From: Spirochaetia bacterium
GTDB taxonomy: Bacteria > Spirochaetota > Spirochaetia > DSM-2461
DNA length: 64,000 nucleotides
Assembly (NCBI GenBank): GCA_963666985.2
Contig: CAXXIA010000002.1
Location: 2,304,001 to 2,368,000 of the forward strand
Reading direction: 5' to 3'
A program made the translations under genes and the position numbers. Under the pieces are notes generated by a model. It ran no database searches. It was given only the letters and a program-made list of their open reading frames with translations, and was not told where the DNA came from. Of the stretch, positions 45,998 through 55,935 are shown in pieces; position 1 is the first letter of the stretch, and the number at the start of each line of letters is the position of its first letter.

Positions 45998-46753
45998 ATG
46001 CCCCTGGAAACCGTTTACCGTACTACGCTGATTTTTCTGTTATCCGCCGCCGCGGTTATTTTCATCTCTTTGCTGTTCGTGAGCGCTCCTTACGGAAAAT
46101 TTTCCCGGAAAGGCTGGGGGCCGAGGATGAACTCGCTGTTCGCCTGGATGCTCATGGAGTTCCCGGCCGTATTGACCATTGCCCTTTGCGCCTGGATTTA
46201 CCGCGGAACCATCGGATGGGGGTGGGTTTATCTGGCCGTTTGGGAGTTCCATTATCTGTATCGGACTTTTATTTTTCCGATCGGGATGCACCACGGCAGA
46301 AAGACTTTCCCGGTTTCCATGGTGATTTCGGCCGTATTTTTCAACGTACTTAACGGCTTTATCAACGGATATGGACTTTTTCATCTTCATCCGACCGTCG
46401 ATGCGGCCTGGTTTTTCGATTTACGCTTCATCGCCGGATTGGCGCTGTTCTTTTTCGGCTTTGCCGTTCATTTCGATTCCGACAGGCGCATTCAGGCGCA
46501 GAAACCCGGTCCGGGGCGTTATGTCGTTCCTCAAGGGGGGCTGTTCCGGTGGATCTCCTGCCCGAATTATTTCGGGGAAATCATCCAATGGTTCGGATGG
46601 GCGCTGCTGACTTGGTCTTCGGCCGGACTGGCCTTCGCCGTTTTTACCTTCGCCAACATTTTTCCTCGGGGACTCTCCGGGCACCAATGGTACAAAGAGA
46701 CCTTTCCCGATTATCCGGATGAAAGGCGGGCCGTTATTCCCGGCCTTCTTTAA
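45998..46753 (+). CDS. Steroid 5-alpha-reductase-like membrane enzyme (3-oxo-5-alpha-steroid 4-dehydrogenase family)
   Basis: 'APYGKF', 'AWMLME.P', 'HYLYR', 'YVVPQGGLF..ISCPNYFGEIIQW', 'HQWY...FPDYP..RRAVIP'. Confidence 0.9.
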   Translation: MPLETVYRTTLIFLLSAAAVIFISLLFVSAPYGKFSRKGWGPRMNSLFAWMLMEFPAVLTIALCAWIYRGTIGWGWVYLAVWEFHYLYRTFIFPIGMHHGRKTFPVSMVISAVFFNVLNGFINGYGLFHLHPTVDAAWFFDLRFIAGLALFFFGFAVHFDSDRRIQAQKPGPGRYVVPQGGLFRWISCPNYFGEIIQWFGWALLTWSSAGLAFAVFTFANIFPRGLSGHQWYKETFPDYPDERRAVIPGLL

Positions 46754-46843
46754 TCCGGGCATCCCATCGTTTGCTTTCTTTCACGCTTGTGAGGATGCCG
46801 GCGGAAGCCCGAGTTCCCTCCGGCAATTCCCGAAGCGGTTCTG

Positions 46844-48259
46844 TCAGTCGTCGATTTCCAGCTGCAGGAAGGGCTGCTCTTTATTCTTCGGTTTTGAAAG
46901 CCGTTCCGATTGAGGATTTCCCGCTTGGGCGTCTTCCACATATTCTTCGGGAAGACTTTTTGCCGTGGAGATTCCCAGTTCTTTGAGCATTTCCGCTTGG
47001 CGGATAACGTTCCCGCGGCCGCTGGAGAGTTTGGTTTTGGCGTTCTCGAAGCTGGATTGAGTCCGTTCGATGTGCCTGCCGACATCCTCGAAATCCTGTA
47101 TGAAGCCGACGATTTTCTCGTAGAGCGCCGCCCCTCTTTTGGCGATTTCCTTGGCATTGCGGCCGCGGTATTCCTGCCTCCAATGCTGCATGACAATCCA
47201 CATAACGGGCAGCAGCGTGGAGGGACAAACCAGAAGGATGTTGTTTTTCCAGGCCTCTTCCCAAAGCTTGGATTCTTCGGAAACCGCGACAACATAGGCC
47301 GGCTCGATGGGAATGAACAGGACGACGAAATCCGGCGACTTCTCGTCATGGAGTTTTTCATATTCCTTGGACGCCAAGCCCTTGATATGGGTGCGTATGG
47401 AGGCGACGTGACGCTTGAGAGCTTCGGATCGTCTTTCGGGATCTTCCAAACTCATGTATTCCTCATAGGCTTTCAGCGACACCTTGGAATCGATAACCAG
47501 ATGGCGGTCTTCCGGGAGGTGAATCACCACGTCCGGCTGCAGGCGCCCGCCGTCCAAGCTGTGGCTTTCCTGAACCGTATATTCCTCGCCCTTTCTGAGA
47601 CCGGAGACTTCCAGGATGCGTTCAAGGATCATCTCCCCCCAGTTCCCTTGAGTCTTGCTTTCCCCTTTCAGGGCGTTCGTCAGGTTCACCGCCTCTTTGG
47701 AGAGACGGTCGTTCATTTCCATGAGCTTGTGAACTTCGTTCCGGAGAGAATGACGTTCTTTACCTTCGGTTTCGTAATTTTCCTGAATTTTCTTTTGAAA
47801 TTCCCCGAGTTTTTCTTTGAGCGGATTCAGGATTTCTCCGAGCCCTGTCTTGCTGCTTTCGGCGAAACTCTTGGTTTTTTCTTCGAGGATGGAATTGGCC
47901 AGGACTTTGAAATGGTTCCCCAGTTCTTCCCGAGCTTCTTTGAGGAGCCGGAGCTTTTCCTCTCCCTGTTCGATTTCTTTTTCGAGGTCTTTCCGGGAGA
48001 GTGCCAAATCCCGTTCCAGAGAAGAGATGGTTCTCTCCCTTTCGCTTAGAGATTGATTCAGCTTTTCGATTTCGTCCTTGCGGCTTTCGGCCTCCGAGAC
48101 CAGCCGCGTCCGTTCGGTCTCATATCCGCGGATGCGCTCCTCGAGAACGGCCTGTGTTTCACCGGCCTTGCCGGCGGAATTCCGTTTTTTAAGCAGCACC
48201 GCGGCCGTTGCGGCGGCGAAAATCAAAATCGAGAGAAGAATGATGATAAGGATTTCCAT
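46844..48259 (-). CDS. rmuC: DNA recombination protein RmuC
   Basis: N-terminal TM anchor, coiled coil, 'QGNWGEMILE', 'PDVVIHLP...IDSKVSL', 'DFVVLFIPIE'. Confidence 0.95.
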   Translation of the reverse strand: MEILIIILLSILIFAAATAAVLLKKRNSAGKAGETQAVLEERIRGYETERTRLVSEAESRKDEIEKLNQSLSERERTISSLERDLALSRKDLEKEIEQGEEKLRLLKEAREELGNHFKVLANSILEEKTKSFAESSKTGLGEILNPLKEKLGEFQKKIQENYETEGKERHSLRNEVHKLMEMNDRLSKEAVNLTNALKGESKTQGNWGEMILERILEVSGLRKGEEYTVQESHSLDGGRLQPDVVIHLPEDRHLVIDSKVSLKAYEEYMSLEDPERRSEALKRHVASIRTHIKGLASKEYEKLHDEKSPDFVVLFIPIEPAYVVAVSEESKLWEEAWKNNILLVCPSTLLPVMWIVMQHWRQEYRGRNAKEIAKRGAALYEKIVGFIQDFEDVGRHIERTQSSFENAKTKLSSGRGNVIRQAEMLKELGISTAKSLPEEYVEDAQAGNPQSERLSKPKNKEQPFLQLEIDD

Positions 48260-48463
48260 ATTAAGACTTCCTTTTCTTAAGGCGGGTTCCATCCGTCAGT
48301 GTATCGGAAAGAAGCGTGCGGGGGGACCGCTTCCTGAATATCGATGAAATGACTATAATCCCTCAACCGACCGATGAACAATCTCGGCATCGAATCCCCG
48401 GCATTGATATCAGAGGCTCATGAACAGGCTTTTTAAAGCCCTCCCGGAAGGAGAACCCTTAAC

Positions 48464-50299
48464 ATGAATAATAATCTCAGGAACGAACACTTACGAAATA
48501 TCGCCATCATCGCTCATGTCGATCATGGAAAAACAACTTTGGTGGACGCCATTTTCCGGCAGGCCGGTGTGTTCCGTGACGGTCAGGAAACCAAAGAACG
48601 CCTGATGGACAGCATGGACCTGGAACGGGAGCGGGGCATCACCATCGCGGCGAAGAACTGCGCCGTTTTGTGGAAAGGGGTAAAGATTAATATCCTCGAT
48701 ACTCCGGGGCATGCCGATTTCGGCGGTGAAGTGGAACGGGCCTTGTCCATGGTGGACGGGGTGGTTCTTCTGGTGGACGCCTCCGAGGGACCGCTGCCGC
48801 AGACACGGTTCGTTCTTGAAAAGGCCCTGAAAGCCGGGCTCAACGTTATCGGCGTTATTAATAAAATCGACCGATCCGACGCCAGACCGCTGGCCGTTCT
48901 GAACGACATTCACGATTTGTTGATTGATCTGGATGCCCGCGAGGACCAGCTGGATTGTCCGATTTTGTTCGCCGACGGCCGTTCGGGAATTGTTAAAAAG
49001 AATCTTGAGGACGAAGTCGATAATCTTCACATCCTTCTTGATACCATCATCGAATCCGTTCCTTCTCCGTCCTACAGCTCGGACGAGCCTTTTCAGATGC
49101 TGGTATCCGATCTTTCCTATTCGGATTTCCTCGGCCGTCTGGCGGTGGGAAAGGTTATTCACGGCACGGCGAAGAACCGGGAAGCCCTGGTTTGCCTCGG
49201 AGCGGGCGGCCGCAAGATTCCGCTGAACGTTACACGCCTTCAGGTTTATAACGGACCGGCTCTGGAAGAGACCGACAAAGCCGAACCGGGGGATATCATT
49301 GTTCTTTCGGGCGTGGAAGATGTGCATATCGGCGACACCATCTGTTCCAAGGATGAACCGAAGGCCCTGCCGCGTATTTCCGTCGACGAACCGACGGTTT
49401 CCATGGTTTTTGCCCCGAATACCTCTCCTCTGCTCGGCAAGGAGGGAAAGTTCGTACAGTCGGGCAAAATTCGGGAACGACTGCATAAAGAAACCATGCT
49501 GAATGTTTCCATGCAGGTGGAGGATTTGCCCGGCAAAGAAGGATTCCTTGTGAAAGGCCGGGGGGAGTTTCAGATGGTTATTCTTCTGGAAACCATGCGC
49601 CGGGAGGGTTTTGAGCTGAACGTCGGACGGCCCAGGGTTATCTGTAAGAAAGAAGACGGAAAACTTTTGGAACCCATCGAGCATCTTTATGTCGAATGCG
49701 ATGATTCTTTTACCGGAATCGTAACCGAGAAGCTCTCGAAACGGAAAGGGCGGATGATCAACTACGAATGTCATGAAGGTCATCGGGCCCGGCTGGAATT
49801 CAGCATTCCCTCCCGGGGACTCATCGGATACCGCGACGAGTTTCTTACCGACACGCGCGGAACGGGAATCCTCAACTCCGCCCTGGACGGCTATGAGGAG
49901 CACCGCGGAGATTTCCCGTCACGCTTTACAGGATCGCTTGTGGCGGACCGGCTCGGCGAATGCGTCCCCTACGCCCTGTTTAATCTGGAACCGCGCGGAA
50001 CGCTGTTCGTCGTTCCGGGCAACCCGGTGTATGAAGGAATGATTGTGGGCGAGCACAACCGGGACAACGATTTGAACGTGAATCCCTGCAAGACGAAGAA
50101 GCTCACGAACATGCGGGCCTCCGGGAAGGACGACGCGGTGATTTTAACTCCGGTTATGCCGATGACTCTCGAACGGGCCATCCAATTCATTCGGGACGAC
50201 GAGATGGTGGAGATTACGCCGAAATCCATTCGATTGAGAAAAGCCTCTTTGGCGGCCCAGGACCGCAAATCCGATCTTCGGAGGATGAACATCTCCTGA
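48464..50299 (+). CDS. typA: Translational GTPase TypA/BipA
   Basis: 'IAHVDHGKTT', 'ERERGITI', 'DTPGHADFGGEVER', 'NKID', 'KKLTNMRASG'. Confidence 0.98.
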   Translation: MNNNLRNEHLRNIAIIAHVDHGKTTLVDAIFRQAGVFRDGQETKERLMDSMDLERERGITIAAKNCAVLWKGVKINILDTPGHADFGGEVERALSMVDGVVLLVDASEGPLPQTRFVLEKALKAGLNVIGVINKIDRSDARPLAVLNDIHDLLIDLDAREDQLDCPILFADGRSGIVKKNLEDEVDNLHILLDTIIESVPSPSYSSDEPFQMLVSDLSYSDFLGRLAVGKVIHGTAKNREALVCLGAGGRKIPLNVTRLQVYNGPALEETDKAEPGDIIVLSGVEDVHIGDTICSKDEPKALPRISVDEPTVSMVFAPNTSPLLGKEGKFVQSGKIRERLHKETMLNVSMQVEDLPGKEGFLVKGRGEFQMVILLETMRREGFELNVGRPRVICKKEDGKLLEPIEHLYVECDDSFTGIVTEKLSKRKGRMINYECHEGHRARLEFSIPSRGLIGYRDEFLTDTRGTGILNSALDGYEEHRGDFPSRFTGSLVADRLGECVPYALFNLEPRGTLFVVPGNPVYEGMIVGEHNRDNDLNVNPCKTKKLTNMRASGKDDAVILTPVMPMTLERAIQFIRDDEMVEITPKSIRLRKASLAAQDRKSDLRRMNIS

Positions 50300-50490
50300 C
50301 AATCCGTTTCTTGAAGGATGGCCGTGCAGGGAGATTCCTTTAGGCCCGGTTTGCTGTAATTGACGTTTCAGGCCCGCCCAACCCTTGTCTGGGGGCCGGG
50401 CCGAAATCGTTGAACCGCTTTACACAACACGAACGTCTTCGCTAATCTTTTTTATGCTTATTCTTATTTTGAGAGAAGAGGTTGCACCGT

Positions 50491-51615
50491 ATGCCTGTTG
50501 ATGAATTCGTCGACATCGGCGTTCTCTTCGGCGTCTTTTTATCCCTCATAATGATCGTCGCGCAGCTGCTGCTGGTAAAAAAAGATCAAAAGAATTATCT
50601 GTTCATCACGGCGATCGCGTGTCTCGGAATCTATCAATTATCCCTTTGTTTCGGCATGTTCGGGCAGATAGAGCATTGGCAGGAGATCTTCCGGCCTCTT
50701 TACATTCTCGGCATGGCCGCTTTGTTCTCCAGCATCCCGGCGATCTTCTTTTTCTTTCGTTCTCTTCCGGATGCGGAATATGCCTTGAATAAATACGCGC
50801 TGCCGCATCTTCTCATTCCAATTTTCGCGGCGGTTTCACTGCTCCTTTTCGGTCGCTTCCCGGTAAATCCTTCCGTCGCTCCCCCAAATTATTACGATTT
50901 TATTTATAAAAACAGCTTAGCCGTCCGCGTTATAGACATGCTCTCAATTATCTGTGCACTTCTCTATTTCTCTTTCTTATTTGTGTTTTATTACCTAAGA
51001 GCGAAGAAGGCGGAAAGTCATAGTAAAAGAAATATCATATTCGTTTTGTATTTCTTATTTCTTTCTCTTTTTTTCCTGCTGATTTATTTTCAGAGCATCA
51101 AGGATTCGGAATATCTCTATTATGTTTTCCGGTTGAGATTCACAATAATGTTGAGCGGCGTTTTCGTTTTCGGTTATCGTTTTCCCTATATCGCCAATAT
51201 CGTCAAACTCGAGGCTTACCGGGAATACTATTACAAGTCCCAACTTGCGAATGTGAATGTCGAACTTATCCTCAAAAGTTTGGAACAGATGATGGAGAAG
51301 GAGCATGCCTACAGAGAAAACGGCCTGACCATGAATATGGTTGCCAAAAGTCTGGATATTTCTTCTCATCAGCTCTCGGAGATATTCAATACTCGCTTAG
51401 AGACGACTTTCAGTGCCTATATCAATGAAAAGCGAATAGGATTTGCCGAGGAGCTTCTTCTTAAAGAACCCTACAAATCCGTAATGATGGTGGCTATGGA
51501 ATGCGGCTTTAATACGATTTCCACTTTTAATAAGGCATTTAAAAAGAAGACAGGCCTGTCGCCTTCGGAATATAGAAAGACAAAAAAATCGGGAAAAACG
51601 ATCAATGCGGATTAG
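50491..51615 (+). CDS. Membrane-anchored AraC-family regulator (multi-TM N-terminus + HTH), paralogue 1
   Basis: Several TM helices followed by 'SSHQLSEIFN', 'CGFNTISTFNKAFKKKTGLSPSEYR'. Confidence 0.88.
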   Translation: MPVDEFVDIGVLFGVFLSLIMIVAQLLLVKKDQKNYLFITAIACLGIYQLSLCFGMFGQIEHWQEIFRPLYILGMAALFSSIPAIFFFFRSLPDAEYALNKYALPHLLIPIFAAVSLLLFGRFPVNPSVAPPNYYDFIYKNSLAVRVIDMLSIICALLYFSFLFVFYYLRAKKAESHSKRNIIFVLYFLFLSLFFLLIYFQSIKDSEYLYYVFRLRFTIMLSGVFVFGYRFPYIANIVKLEAYREYYYKSQLANVNVELILKSLEQMMEKEHAYRENGLTMNMVAKSLDISSHQLSEIFNTRLETTFSAYINEKRIGFAEELLLKEPYKSVMMVAMECGFNTISTFNKAFKKKTGLSPSEYRKTKKSGKTINAD

Positions 51616-51668
51616 GCGGACGAACAACGACGGAGTCATCGTTCTATTGCTTGGCAAGGTTTACCGAA

Positions 51669-52790
51669 ATGCCCATTGAACGATTCGCCGACATCGGTGT
51701 TCTCTTCGGCGCGTTCCTGGCTCTTTTAATAACCGCCGGGCAGCTTCTTCTGGCTAAGAAAGATCAAAAGAACTATCTGTTCATTCTGACCATCGCGTGC
51801 CTGGGCCTCTATCAGGTATCCCTCTCTTTTCCCTTGTTCGGACATTTGGAGCATTGGCAGGAGATCTACCGTCCTCTCTACATCGCCGGCATGGGCGCCG
51901 TTTACAGCAGCATCCCGGCGATGTTTCTTTTCGTTCGCTCTCTCCCCGATTCGGAATATTCCAGGAAAGGGTACAGGCTGCTTCATTTCCTGATTCCGCT
52001 GATCGCGACGCTCGTCTTGGCTCTTTTTGTGTCGTTTCCCAAGGATCCGGCCGTCTCTCCGTGTGATTATTATGATTTCCTCTATAATGGAAGTCCGCTA
52101 CTTCGGATCATTGATCAAATCTCCGTACTCATGGCTTTAGGCTATTTCTCTCTGGCCTTTGCGCAATTCTATTCACTAACCAAGAAATCAAGCGATGAAA
52201 AGAAGAAAAATCTCTTAGCCGTTTTAGTTGTCTTATTCTTGATTCTTTTCTTCATGTCGCTTTATTTTCGATACTCGAATCAAGGCGACCTGCTTCATTA
52301 TCTGTTCAAGTTGCGATTCACCCTGCTGATGATCTGCGTTCTCGTTCTCAGCTACCGCTATCCCTATATCACCAACATCATCAAGCTGGAGGTCTACCGG
52401 GAGTCCTACACTAAATCCACCTTGGCGAAAGTGAATGTCGACAACGCCTTGATGCTTCTGGAGAAGTCCATGGAAACCGACCATGCCTTCCGTGACAGCA
52501 CTCTGACCATGAAAAGGATTGCCGCGGACTTAGGCCTTTCGGCTCACCAGCTCTCGGAAATTTTCAATACGCGTCTTAAAAAGACATTCAGTTCCTACAT
52601 CAATGAAAAGAGGGTTGCGTTCGCCAAAAAACTGCTGTCGGAAGAGATCGGCATGCCCGTAACCGACATCGCGAAGGAATGCGGATTCAATTCCATTTCG
52701 AATTTCAACACTCTATTCAAAAAGGCCGCGGGGATATCGCCTTCCGATTATAGAAAGTCCCTTCTTTCAGGTAAAAAGAAGGGACTTTGA
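51669..52790 (+). CDS. Membrane-anchored AraC-family regulator, paralogue 2
   Basis: Colinear with paralogue 1 ('DIGVLFG', 'KKDQKNYLF', 'EHWQEI', 'HQLSEIFNTRL'); AraC HTH at the C-terminus. Confidence 0.88.
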   Translation: MPIERFADIGVLFGAFLALLITAGQLLLAKKDQKNYLFILTIACLGLYQVSLSFPLFGHLEHWQEIYRPLYIAGMGAVYSSIPAMFLFVRSLPDSEYSRKGYRLLHFLIPLIATLVLALFVSFPKDPAVSPCDYYDFLYNGSPLLRIIDQISVLMALGYFSLAFAQFYSLTKKSSDEKKKNLLAVLVVLFLILFFMSLYFRYSNQGDLLHYLFKLRFTLLMICVLVLSYRYPYITNIIKLEVYRESYTKSTLAKVNVDNALMLLEKSMETDHAFRDSTLTMKRIAADLGLSAHQLSEIFNTRLKKTFSSYINEKRVAFAKKLLSEEIGMPVTDIAKECGFNSISNFNTLFKKAAGISPSDYRKSLLSGKKKGL

Positions 52791-53050
52791 GAAGACCGCC
52801 GAATGTCTCTCACCGGAAAAGGCTCCCGACGAGGGCGCTGCGGTCCGGACCGCGGCCAAAGAGAATTTCCTGCCGGTATGATTCTATTCCTAAATTGTTT
52901 TACGGGAAAGACATACGCATATTAATGGCTAATTTGCACTATTTAAAAAAACTATCAGACTTATAAGATCCTGAGACAGTCTTCAATCTAACCGTCATTC
53001 TTTTCTTCCAAAAAAAGAGGCGGATAAGAAATCCGCGATTGGAGGAGACC

Positions 53051-53512
53051 ATGAAATCAAGGAACTTTGTTCTTTCGGGAATTCTGGCGGGGCTTCTTGC
53101 CGTTCTGGCGGCGGGATGCGGCAACCCCAATTCCAACGCTGACGGCGGGACATCTCTGCAGACCGGTACTTTGAGTATCGCAAGTAATGCCGAAAAAGAT
53201 GGTTACATAGCAGAAGTTCTAGGTAATGGCGCTGCAATGAGCTCAACTGCAACTTACTTACGTTTTGGCGACACATCAATTAATACCGTTTTTTACAATG
53301 CCGTCAGTTTTGATCTTTCGGAGCTTCCGGAGGATGCCTCCATTGCCTCGGCGGTTCAGAACGATCTTGACAACAGCCGAGACACCTGTGAATTCTGCGT
53401 CTATTCAGGAACGGATAATGACAGCACATTCTCATATGCTTACGTCTATACTGGAGACTATTCCGGCTACGAACCTTATCTTGAGCTGACGTACACATAT
53501 TCCGAGGAGTAG
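53051..53512 (+). CDS. Putative lipoprotein with a partial DNRLRE/CBM96-like domain
   Basis: GGAGGAG SD, signal peptide with lipobox 'LAAGC', 'SFDLSELPEDASIASA', C-terminal 'PYLELTY'. Confidence 0.65.
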   Translation: MKSRNFVLSGILAGLLAVLAAGCGNPNSNADGGTSLQTGTLSIASNAEKDGYIAEVLGNGAAMSSTATYLRFGDTSINTVFYNAVSFDLSELPEDASIASAVQNDLDNSRDTCEFCVYSGTDNDSTFSYAYVYTGDYSGYEPYLELTYTYSEE

Positions 53513-53622
53513 GCGGTTCGGCCGGTGGGCGATACCGGCGTCTATTTTAACGGTTCCTATCAGTATCAGGCAGGTTCGTTGAGTTCCGTTGATGAAGGGT
53601 TGCGAATAATTGCTGAATCTTT

Positions 53623-53660
53623 CTCCGGGAGGGGCTCCCTAAGGGAGCTTTTTCCCGGAG
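53623..53660 (+). terminator. Probable terminator hairpin after the lipoprotein gene
   Basis: CTCCGGGA-GG-GGCTCCCT-AA-GGGAGCT-TT-TTCCCGGAG nested inverted repeat. Confidence 0.45.
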
Positions 53661-53895
53661 TCTCCATGATTTGCCGGTTGAGCGTTTTTCTTCCGAATTG
53701 CTTTATGGAAGAGAGTTATTGGTTAGCATCGTTGATTTCCAAAGGTAAGGTATTGTCCTGAAAATCGTTTCCGGCGGCTGAATTTTCGGTCTCTCTGTTC
53801 GCAATATGCCTTGAAGTATAAACTGGTGCTGTGATTCATACGTTATTGATAAATATGAGCCGAATATCCGGCTATGAATATCGCCGGAGCTTCTC

Positions 53896-55170
53896 ATGAG
53901 CGGCGGCGCTCAAAAGACAGCGGGCGCTCCGAAGAAGGAGCGCCTGGGCGGATTCTTCGCCATGTTCTCCTCCGCCACCGTGGAGCGCTACTACCTGTAT
54001 CTGCTGGCTATGGCCCTCTTCGGTTTATCCTACGGGCTTTTCATCGGGGTGCAGGATAACTACTTGGCCTGGCTGGGCATCGGAAAGACCGGCCGCGGCG
54101 TGGTGGAGTTCTTTCGGGAATCTCCCGGTCTTCTTCTGATTTTCATTCTGGCCGCCTTTTCCCGGATGGCCGAGCGCAATCTCCTCCGGCTGTCTCTGAT
54201 TTTTTATGCTCTCGGTGTTATCGGAATTTGGATGTCGGGAACTTCAATTTTCGGAGCGGTGTTCTTTTTGACTCTGATGAGTACCGGTCAGCATCTGATT
54301 ATGCCGGTGCGCCAGTCGTACGCCATCCACGCGGCCGAAAAGGGGAAGGAAGGCCGGGCCGTCGGATTCATGCGCGGTTTGGAAAGCACGGGGAAGGTCG
54401 GAGGGCTGCTGGTTGTGCCGATTTTGTTCCTTCAGCCGTCCATCCGCGCGGACAGGGACGCCGGAGGCCGATTGGGTTATGTGATCATTTTCATCGCCGT
54501 TCTTATCGCCGTGGCGTTTTCTCTGACGGCCGCCATGGGTATGACGAAGTCCGGCGGATCGCTGGAGCGGAAGAAAATCTATTTCCACAGGAAGTACATG
54601 AAATATTACGGACTGGAGATTTTCTACGGCGCCAGGAAACAGGTCTTCATGACCTTCGCGCCGTACCTTCTCATCCTGGTGTACGGCGCCGGCGCCGAGT
54701 ATATCGCGACTCTGCTGCTCATCAGCGAATTGATCAATATCTTTTTTAATCCCCTCATCGGCCGCATCATCGATAAGCTTGGTTATCGGATGGTGATGAT
54801 CGGCGATACCTGCATCCTGTTTTTCGTTTGTCTTGTCTACGGTTTCGCCGGACGGTTTTTTTCACATCAAACGGCTCAGATGGTCATCAGTGTCGCGTTC
54901 ATTATGGACATGATGCTCTCCAACGCGTCCATAGCGTCCAGTATTTACGTGGGCCGGATCAGTGAGAATAAGGAGGAAATGACCTCCACTCTGTCCACGG
55001 GGCTTTCCCTGAATCATTTGGTGAGCGTTCTCATCGCTTTGGCGGGCGGCGTTATCTGGGAGAATGTCGGCGTGGGTGTCCTTTTCTCCATGGCCGCCGT
55101 CATGGCCGTGGGGAATACTCTGTTCGCCCTTACCGTGCCGAAGGTGGACGGGCACGGCCGCCCCGCGTGA
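53896..55170 (+). CDS. MFS transporter of unknown substrate
   Basis: About 12 TM segments, 'EFFRESPG', 'YGARKQVF', motif A-like 'GRIIDKLGYR'. Confidence 0.8.
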   Translation: MSGGAQKTAGAPKKERLGGFFAMFSSATVERYYLYLLAMALFGLSYGLFIGVQDNYLAWLGIGKTGRGVVEFFRESPGLLLIFILAAFSRMAERNLLRLSLIFYALGVIGIWMSGTSIFGAVFFLTLMSTGQHLIMPVRQSYAIHAAEKGKEGRAVGFMRGLESTGKVGGLLVVPILFLQPSIRADRDAGGRLGYVIIFIAVLIAVAFSLTAAMGMTKSGGSLERKKIYFHRKYMKYYGLEIFYGARKQVFMTFAPYLLILVYGAGAEYIATLLLISELINIFFNPLIGRIIDKLGYRMVMIGDTCILFFVCLVYGFAGRFFSHQTAQMVISVAFIMDMMLSNASIASSIYVGRISENKEEMTSTLSTGLSLNHLVSVLIALAGGVIWENVGVGVLFSMAAVMAVGNTLFALTVPKVDGHGRPA

Positions 55171-55356
55171 TTTTTGTTCACTCGGCGCCGCCGATGAGCG
55201 CCCGCGCGGTTTTCGCTTCGGCATAGGGCTTAAGCACCCCGCGGGAAAGAAGGCCGATGGTCGCTCTGTTGGCGCTTGGTGGCGGAGAAAGACCGGAAGC
55301 CGCGGAAATAAAATCCGCTGTCCCTTCAAATCTCGAAAAGTGCTATGATGCCGCTC

Positions 55357-55917
55357 ATGAAACCGACACGAGAACAAGCGGAAAAACTTTTCTGCAAGTA
55401 CAATCAATCCGACAGTCTTTATCGTCATGCCGTTGCCGTGGAAGCGGTGATGCGGTATTTCGCGGGCGAATATGGTGAAGACGCCGAGAAATGGGGCATT
55501 ATCGGCTTTGTTCATGATTTGGACTGGGAAGAATGGCCCGAAGAACACTGTAAAAAGACGAAAGAACTTCTGGAAGCGGATGGCTGGCCCGAGGACTGGA
55601 TTCGCGCCGTTATGTCTCACGGATGGGGTTTGGTAACCGATGTGGAACCGGTTCATGTGATGGAAAAGGTTCTCTATGCCGTTGACGAACTCACGGGGCT
55701 TATCACCGCGACGGCCCTTATGCGGCCTTCGAAAAGTCTGATGGATCTGGAAGCCCGATCGGTCGTTAAGAAATGGAAAGACAAGGGTTTTTCCGCCGGT
55801 GTGAACCGGGATGTCATCGACAAGGGCGCGGCCATGCTGGGACTGGAGCGGAGCGAACTGATTAATAAAACCATTGCCGGCATGAGGATCGTCGCCGCGG
55901 ATCTCGGCCTCGGCTGA
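55357..55917 (+). CDS. HD-domain (HDIG-like) metal-dependent hydrolase
   Basis: 'HAVAVEAVMR', 'VHDLD', 'LYAVDELTGL...RP', 'KDKGFSAGVNR'; start 55357 chosen from the extended -10 position. Confidence 0.85.
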   Translation: MKPTREQAEKLFCKYNQSDSLYRHAVAVEAVMRYFAGEYGEDAEKWGIIGFVHDLDWEEWPEEHCKKTKELLEADGWPEDWIRAVMSHGWGLVTDVEPVHVMEKVLYAVDELTGLITATALMRPSKSLMDLEARSVVKKWKDKGFSAGVNRDVIDKGAAMLGLERSELINKTIAGMRIVAADLGLG

Positions 55918-55935
55918 ACCGCCGCGGTTGATTTC

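Noticed and set aside
53525..53897. Short ORFs between the lipoprotein and MFS genes
   Set aside because: No SD or motif support, and one crosses a terminator-like hairpin
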